A stretch of DNA of 32,000 bases from Nitrosococcus oceani ATCC 19707 (GTDB lineage: Bacteria > Pseudomonadota > Gammaproteobacteria > Nitrosococcales > Nitrosococcaceae), in the NCBI RefSeq assembly GCF_000012805.1, contig NC_007484.1:3300001-3332000 (forward strand), given 5' to 3'. Positions 28,416-32,000 of this stretch are shown one piece after another; the stretch's first letter is position 1, and each line of letters opens with the position of its first letter. Made by a program: the position numbers and the translations under genes. Below the pieces are notes generated by a model. That model did no database searches. It worked only from the letters and a program-made list of their open reading frames with translations, and was not told the DNA's origin.

Positions 28416-29186
28416 AGGTAGCGCGTCATGCTTTCCGTTCCATTTCGTCACCAACACGGCAATTGTTAGGCAGCCAGCAGAGGCAAGCAAGTGCTTCAGC
28501 GTATGGCCACTCAGATTTTCGCCAAGCAGTTGGAAGATTTCAGCATCATAATACTCGACTACTTTCGCCAATACATAGAAACCAAGAGCGATCAGCAGGA
28601 GTCCATTTTGCTCAAAGCGCGACCGGTATAGCGTGAGCAGCATTGCAATCATCGCAAGGGGCATGAACTGCACCCAGGCATAGAATCTCAGGTCATCCAT
28701 GAGATGCCAGTAAACCACTGAACACGCCCCAATCAGAATGGCGGGATAAAGAAGTCTTTGAACTAGGCGCCGATCAAGGTACTCGCCGAGGAGCGCGACG
28801 AACAAACCCATGAAACCAACTGTCATCGGGAGTCTGTCCCATACCAGCGTATCGTTGTCAGGAGCCCAGTGATAATATGCAGACCCGACACCAACAAACG
28901 ATACAGCAATGAAAAACGCCAGCCAGGCAGGCAGGACGTCCCTGGGCAAGCGCCCCAACGATGCACGCACACCAAAGATACCTATCAAGACGAAGGGCAG
29001 ATTCGATACGACATCGAAGAAATTGGGAATGCCCAAGAATGACCGGCGATCGACGAAGGCATGGTACGCCAGATCCTGAGGGATTGGAGCGAGCAAAAAC
29101 ATCAACCCAATGGTGCTGAGGAAGAATCCAAGAAGGATGGCTAGGCGCCAACCGGTTGCGCCAACGCTCGAAGAATTAGTTTCCAT
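28410..29186 (-). CDS. Ceramidase-like polytopic membrane protein (alkaline ceramidase/phytoceramidase superfamily-like)
   Basis: 258-aa ORF, about 7 TM helices, with YH.F.D.R...GIPNF..V.SN..F, GS.YYHW.P.N..L.WDRLPM, SGH.LKHL motifs that I associate with bacterial ceramidase-domain proteins. Confidence 0.5.
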   Translation of the reverse strand: METNSSSVGATGWRLAILLGFFLSTIGLMFLLAPIPQDLAYHAFVDRRSFLGIPNFFDVVSNLPFVLIGIFGVRASLGRLPRDVLPAWLAFFIAVSFVGVGSAYYHWAPDNDTLVWDRLPMTVGFMGLFVALLGEYLDRRLVQRLLYPAILIGACSVVYWHLMDDLRFYAWVQFMPLAMIAMLLTLYRSRFEQNGLLLIALGFYVLAKVVEYYDAEIFQLLGENLSGHTLKHLLASAGCLTIAVLVTKWNGKHDALPA

Positions 29187-29201
29187 GGGGCCCGTAACTC
29201 T

Positions 29202-29267
29202 GCCTAACGACTAGGCATGAGGGGCCGCGACTGAAAGGAGCGGTCCCACTCCATGCCCTTATTAGGC
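29202..29267 (-). other. attC-like site 3
   Basis: Minus strand GCCTAAT aagggcatggagtggga...tcccctcatgcctagtc GTTAGGC. The arms are clearly complementary (TAGGCATGAGGGG / CCCACTCCATGCCC). Confidence 0.75.
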
Positions 29268-29465
29268 ACTTTGTCTTTTAAGGGTAACCGATAAAGGTTG
29301 TTTTCCTTTTAAAGCACTCACCTTCAACACAGAAAAACCAATAATATTGCCTTGTTCATCGACTTTCTCCATGATCGCATCGTTTTCTGTTTCCTTAAAA
29401 TAACCTTTCTTACGCTCAAAGATAACTTCGAGATAATCTCCCTCTTCATCAAACCAAATAGTTAC
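29262..29465 (-). CDS. DUF2283-family protein (putative antitoxin), no canonical start codon
   Basis: Found by my own translation; absent from the ORF track. VTIWFDEEGDYLEVIFERKKGYFKETENDAIMEKVDEQGNIIGFSVLKVSALKGKQPLSVTLKRQSA* shows the YDEE.D.L.I.F......E......D..G.I.G..IL pattern. Begins at the ATGTAA junction with the upstream gene. Stop lies inside the attC R'' box. Confidence 0.55.
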   Translation of the reverse strand, partial: VTIWFDEEGDYLEVIFERKKGYFKETENDAIMEKVDEQGNIIGFSVLKVSALKGKQPLSVTLKRQSA

Positions 29466-29776
29466 ATCCTTTTCCAGAGAATCTCACCTCGTTTCACGCT
29501 GTCAGTGAAGTAAGCTGTGATGATGAAGTGATCGCTTTCTAAGCTCTTCACCACGATACATAGATATTTCTCTGTCACCGGAGTGGAATGATAAAATTTA
29601 TAAAAGAGTTCAGCCAACGAATATGTCCTAGAGCGCACAACTTTATCAGGACTAGCGAGTGTTTCGCCTACGCGTCGAATCTGCCCTTTCATCTCTGGAT
29701 GAGCAGATTCCAGATGCTGTCGCCTTTCATTAGTTAACCGGATGCTCCTTTTATTAAAATCCTCTAGGACAGCCAT
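29462..29776 (-). CDS. Putative toxin partnered with DUF2283 (DUF4258-like; family uncertain)
   Basis: 104-aa ORF ..IRLTNERRQHLESAHPEM......ETL..PD.V..S......A.LFYKFY......KYLCIVVK....D.FIITAYFTD..K.G. The context (immediately 5' of a DUF2283 ORF) matches known DUF4258/DUF2283 pairs. Confidence 0.5.
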   Translation of the reverse strand: MAVLEDFNKRSIRLTNERRQHLESAHPEMKGQIRRVGETLASPDKVVRSRTYSLAELFYKFYHSTPVTEKYLCIVVKSLESDHFIITAYFTDSVKRGEILWKRM

Positions 29777-29792
29777 ATCAATCGTTCATAGT

Positions 29793-29836
29793 GCCTAACG
29801 CCTGAACTCACGGGCGCGTACAGCGAATTGTTATGG
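29793..29836 (-). other. attC-like site 4 (short, 44 bp)
   Basis: Minus strand CCATAAC aattcgctgtacgcgcccgtgagttcaggc GTTAGGC. The mliC stop is the TAA in CCA-TAA-C. Confidence 0.5.
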
Positions 29837-30196
29837 TGCATCTGCGACCTGCGCACATTGTTGGATTGCTTCGCCCGAGGTGCCACCTTCCAAGTGACGA
29901 AACAGCGTGCCTGATGCGCCTTCTCCGCTGCCTTTTGTCCACCATTCCAGACGCTCGCCTACATAGCGTGCTCCGCTCCCCGAGACCGCGATTTCCATTT
30001 GGAGTCGGCGGTCGTCGTATTCCACGACGGCTGTACTGTCTGTGGGATATGAAACCATGATTGTTTCCCCACTTTCACACTGGTACTTGAAGGACAAGTC
30101 TGCATCGCTGGACTGCTCCGTGGACGCGGTGCCACCAGTCGATGGTTGCCCGCAAGCGGACAGGAAGACAATAAGAACAATAGACAAAAAACGCAT
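29831..30196 (-). CDS. mliC: MliC-family lipoprotein (inhibitor of C-type lysozyme)
   Basis: ORF 29831..30337 trimmed to Met 30196 (GGGAGG upstream). Signal peptide MRFLSIVLIVFLSA/C lipobox, then Y.C..G....V.Y........L......SGSGARY......WW.KG......C as in E. coli MliC. Confidence 0.75.
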   Translation of the reverse strand: MRFLSIVLIVFLSACGQPSTGGTASTEQSSDADLSFKYQCESGETIMVSYPTDSTAVVEYDDRRLQMEIAVSGSGARYVGERLEWWTKGSGEGASGTLFRHLEGGTSGEAIQQCAQVADAP

Positions 30197-30222
30197 GGTA
30201 TTTCTAACCTCCCTAAATTGCG

Positions 30223-30282
30223 GCATAACGTACGAGCTCACCGGGGGCGTGCTAGCGACCCCGGTGCAGCACCAAGTTAGAC
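30223..30282 (-). other. attC-like site 5
   Basis: Minus strand GTCTAAC ttggtgCACCGGGGtcgctagcacgCCCCGGTGagctcgtac GTTATGC, with a central 8-bp stem. Confidence 0.6.
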
Positions 30283-30302
30283 ATCTACTGCTGTGACAGT
30301 GG

Positions 30303-30530
30303 CTACTTGGTGAGTTCAGACACATGCTCTTCCTCATAACGTTCGATTAGCACCCCCACAATCTCCATCAGCGAAGCTAGCGGGTGCGCCTCGTCTTCTC
30401 CGACTTCATCGATCAAACTGTCAAGGAATGAAACCAGCCGCTCATACTCTTCCTCCGTGTGCGGTACGTAGATCATTCTGGCCATCGGTGGCCAAGCGTT
30501 GAGTACCTTGTCAACTTCGATAGTTTGCAT
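30303..30530 (-). CDS. HigA-like antitoxin, N-terminal domain only (HTH domain missing)
   Basis: MQTIEVDKVLNAWPPMARMIYVPHTEEEYERLVSFLDSLIDEVGEDEAHPLASLMEIVGVLIERYEEEH resembles the N-terminal half of COG5499/HigA (YgjM-type) antitoxins. It stops at 75 aa, just before attC site 5. Confidence 0.5.
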   Translation of the reverse strand: MQTIEVDKVLNAWPPMARMIYVPHTEEEYERLVSFLDSLIDEVGEDEAHPLASLMEIVGVLIERYEEEHVSELTK

Positions 30531-30532
30531 AC

Positions 30533-30622
30533 CTACTCCTTCCACTTTCCCTGATTGTACTCCGCGTGTGTAAGCACCGCCCGGATGTAGAGCTTGCGAC
30601 GATTGTAATGAATCGCTGCGAT
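30533..30622 (-). pseudogene. higB: HigB toxin remnant (last 29 codons)
   Basis: My own translation IAAIHYNRRKLYIRAVLTHAEYNQGKWKE* matches the HigB C-terminal signature (..AIHYN....YIR.VLTHAEYDKGKWK). The fragment begins about 10 nt from the GTTAGGC box of attC site 6. Confidence 0.65.
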
Positions 30623-30632
30623 CAGAGGAGCC

Positions 30633-30693
30633 GCCTAACGCCGGGAATCAGCAGCGCGCCGTCAGGCGCGTCCGCTACATTGACTTGTTGGGC
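30633..30693 (-). other. attC-like site 6
   Basis: Minus strand GCCCAAC aagtcaatgtagcgGACGCGCCtgacGGCGCGCtgctgattcccggc GTTAGGC, with a central GC stem. Confidence 0.7.
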
Positions 30694-30776
30694 AATCACT
30701 GCTCCAACATGGATTGGAGTGAGTAAAAAAGGGGGATGGATACCCTCAAAATGGTGCTTTCTCAGCCCTGTGAAAC

Positions 30777-31817
30777 CTATCCGTGACATTCCCACTCAGG
30801 CCGATATTGTCCGGATTTAGCACCATTACCGGTGCACCTGGGTTTCAGGTCAAATTTCGTAAGATCTGCCCAGATCACATTCGGTGCAGTCGTCAATTCA
30901 AAATAGTAGCGCTTAGTGTCGAGATCGGTCACCGTACGGTACTCAGTATTGTAGATACCAAAGCTCTGGTAGGGTGCACCAAATGGCACCGATACGTTGC
31001 GCATAATGGACAGTATAGAAGCGACTTCCTCGCGTTCGTCCTTCGGCTTGGGTAACAATGCCGAGAAATAAGACGCCCGCTGGAAACGATCCGTAGCACT
31101 GACATTGCCGGGTAACGGGGTGTTACTGCTTGGATGCGTGAAATCAACCTCTTTTTTCATCTTCTGCAGCAACGCGAGTTGCTGATCATAGCTTGGATCG
31201 TTGGTCATGACCCGATATTGACGGCCATGATGAATGACCAGCTTGCCGTTAATGTACTCGAGGATAGCAGAATCACCCGTGGCATCTTCCAAGGCCAGGT
31301 GAACCGTGGCCTTGTGTCCGTGCATCTCGACCATCACCGGCTGGATCTTCTTGAGCAGGGGCAATGCTTGATCAACTGTCGCCCCATTGTCCAGTGCATA
31401 CTGCCCCCATAGACCAGCCTGTACACCCGGCTTGCTGGGATCGCGTGGCCCAAAATCCGTATTTTCGAGGTACAGCATGTGAATTGCTAGCCCGGCTTCA
31501 TTAAAGCCGTCAGCGGTGCCAATGCCGTAAACTGGGACCACCATACTGGCATATTTGGATGTCCACTTGGCTGGATTCACCTTGACCGCAGTCTCCGTAC
31601 CGAGGAGGCCCCCATCCCGTTTCATTCCACGTGGAAAGACCACGATCTCCGGCTGGGTAGACTCCGGCCAGTCCATCGTCCTCCCCACCACGACGTTCAG
31701 CCCGCTGTCGTTCCAAAGAACACGCGTACAGGCATCGGCGGCCTGCAAGAAAACAAGTCCCACAACCACGAAAATAGCTGCACTTGCCACGGTTCGGTAA
31801 ATCATCTGTCGGTTCAT
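30777..31817 (-). CDS. Choloylglycine hydrolase / penicillin V acylase-family Ntn-hydrolase (linear amide C-N hydrolase), probable 3' frameshift
   Basis: ORF 30777..31892 trimmed to Met 31817 (AAGGAGG upstream). Signal peptide ends AADA/CTRVLW, giving an N-terminal nucleophile Cys. The family-like C-terminus GAPVMVLNPDNIGLSGNVTDRFHRAEKAPF* is in another frame after the CCC run near 30842, with its stop at 30746. Confidence 0.7.
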   Translation of the reverse strand: MNRQMIYRTVASAAIFVVVGLVFLQAADACTRVLWNDSGLNVVVGRTMDWPESTQPEIVVFPRGMKRDGGLLGTETAVKVNPAKWTSKYASMVVPVYGIGTADGFNEAGLAIHMLYLENTDFGPRDPSKPGVQAGLWGQYALDNGATVDQALPLLKKIQPVMVEMHGHKATVHLALEDATGDSAILEYINGKLVIHHGRQYRVMTNDPSYDQQLALLQKMKKEVDFTHPSSNTPLPGNVSATDRFQRASYFSALLPKPKDEREEVASILSIMRNVSVPFGAPYQSFGIYNTEYRTVTDLDTKRYYFELTTAPNVIWADLTKFDLKPRCTGNGAKSGQYRPEWECHG

Positions 31818-31886
31818 GGTGCACCTCCTTTGGTGAGAAAACGATCGTTGATGACTTCGGCCGGCAGACAGCACCGGTCGTTTGAA

Positions 31887-31958
31887 GCCCAACGCTTGGA
31901 CTCAACTGTCGGCAGCCCGCGTAACGGGTTGGCGGTCAGCTGCAGCAAATTGTTGGAT
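31887..31958 (-). other. attC-like site 7
   Basis: Minus strand ATCCAAC...GTTGGGC (72 bp). Internal imperfect stem TGTCGGCAGCCCG / CGGGTTGGCGGTCA. The following cassette has a 69-nt leader before the RBS. Confidence 0.55.
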
Positions 31959-32000
31959 CTCATATTTTCTGCCACGCTGATTGTTAAATATAGCGAATGC

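Larger units (their letters stand above)
27983..32000 (-). mobile_element. Integron-type gene-cassette array (attC cluster; integrase not in the window; array runs off the right edge)
   Basis: Seven sites with RYYYAAC...GTTRRRY boxes in one consistent orientation, each directly after a minus-strand ORF. Three stop codons are embedded in the R'' box. All cargo ORFs are co-oriented. Confidence 0.75.

Noticed and set aside
30566-30820. Plus-strand 84-aa ORF
   Set aside because: It spans attC site 6 and the antisense of the higB remnant and the hydrolase 3' end. It has no coding signal.
31510-31905. 131-aa minus-strand ORF and the 25-codon N-terminal extension of the hydrolase ORF (31818..31892)
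   Set aside because: The first is an alternative frame of the Ntn-hydrolase gene. The extension would start inside attC site 7 (its first codons overlap the 31887-31893 box), whereas Met 31817 has a perfect AAGGAGG and yields a proper signal peptide.

Overview
The window is about 50% GC and looks proteobacterial. The fxsA-groES-groEL linkage suggests a gammaproteobacterium, but that is inference only. All family names come from motif recognition by eye; no search was run.

Conserved backbone genes: groES/groEL, fxsA, tRNA-Phe, a hemS-like heme gene, prmB, leuC, an RND efflux pair and aroC.

Three accessory regions interrupt the backbone:
1. 27983 to the right edge: an integron-type gene-cassette array. 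Seven attC-like sites (RYYYAAC...GTTRRRY) bracket six minus-strand cassettes. These carry an Ntn-hydrolase, a decayed higBA pair, MliC, a DUF4258-like/DUF2283 pair, a ceramidase-like membrane protein and an orphan brnT. No integrase is visible in the window.
2. 9553-17192: a ~7.6 kb island bounded by 93-bp imperfect direct repeats. It has split an ancestral hemS-methyltransferase gene pair. It carries a GxxExxY nuclease-fold gene, type III mod-res and hipBA. Its intergenic spaces hold unusual ~30-bp-arm hairpins built from CACGGAA-type units.
3. 6964-8112, next to tRNA-Phe: a decayed patch with a type I hsdM remnant (A8 frameshift) cut by a truncated RayT-type Y1 transposase.

Other notable points:
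- A ~155-bp structured repeat occurs twice, in permuted context.
- A duplicated 94-bp promoter/operator module precedes two small envelope-protein genes.
- groESL carries a perfect CIRCE element, a sigma-32 promoter and a sigma-70 promoter.
- Fur boxes lie in the hemS divergent region.
- An 18-bp perfect palindrome lies over the hipBA promoter.
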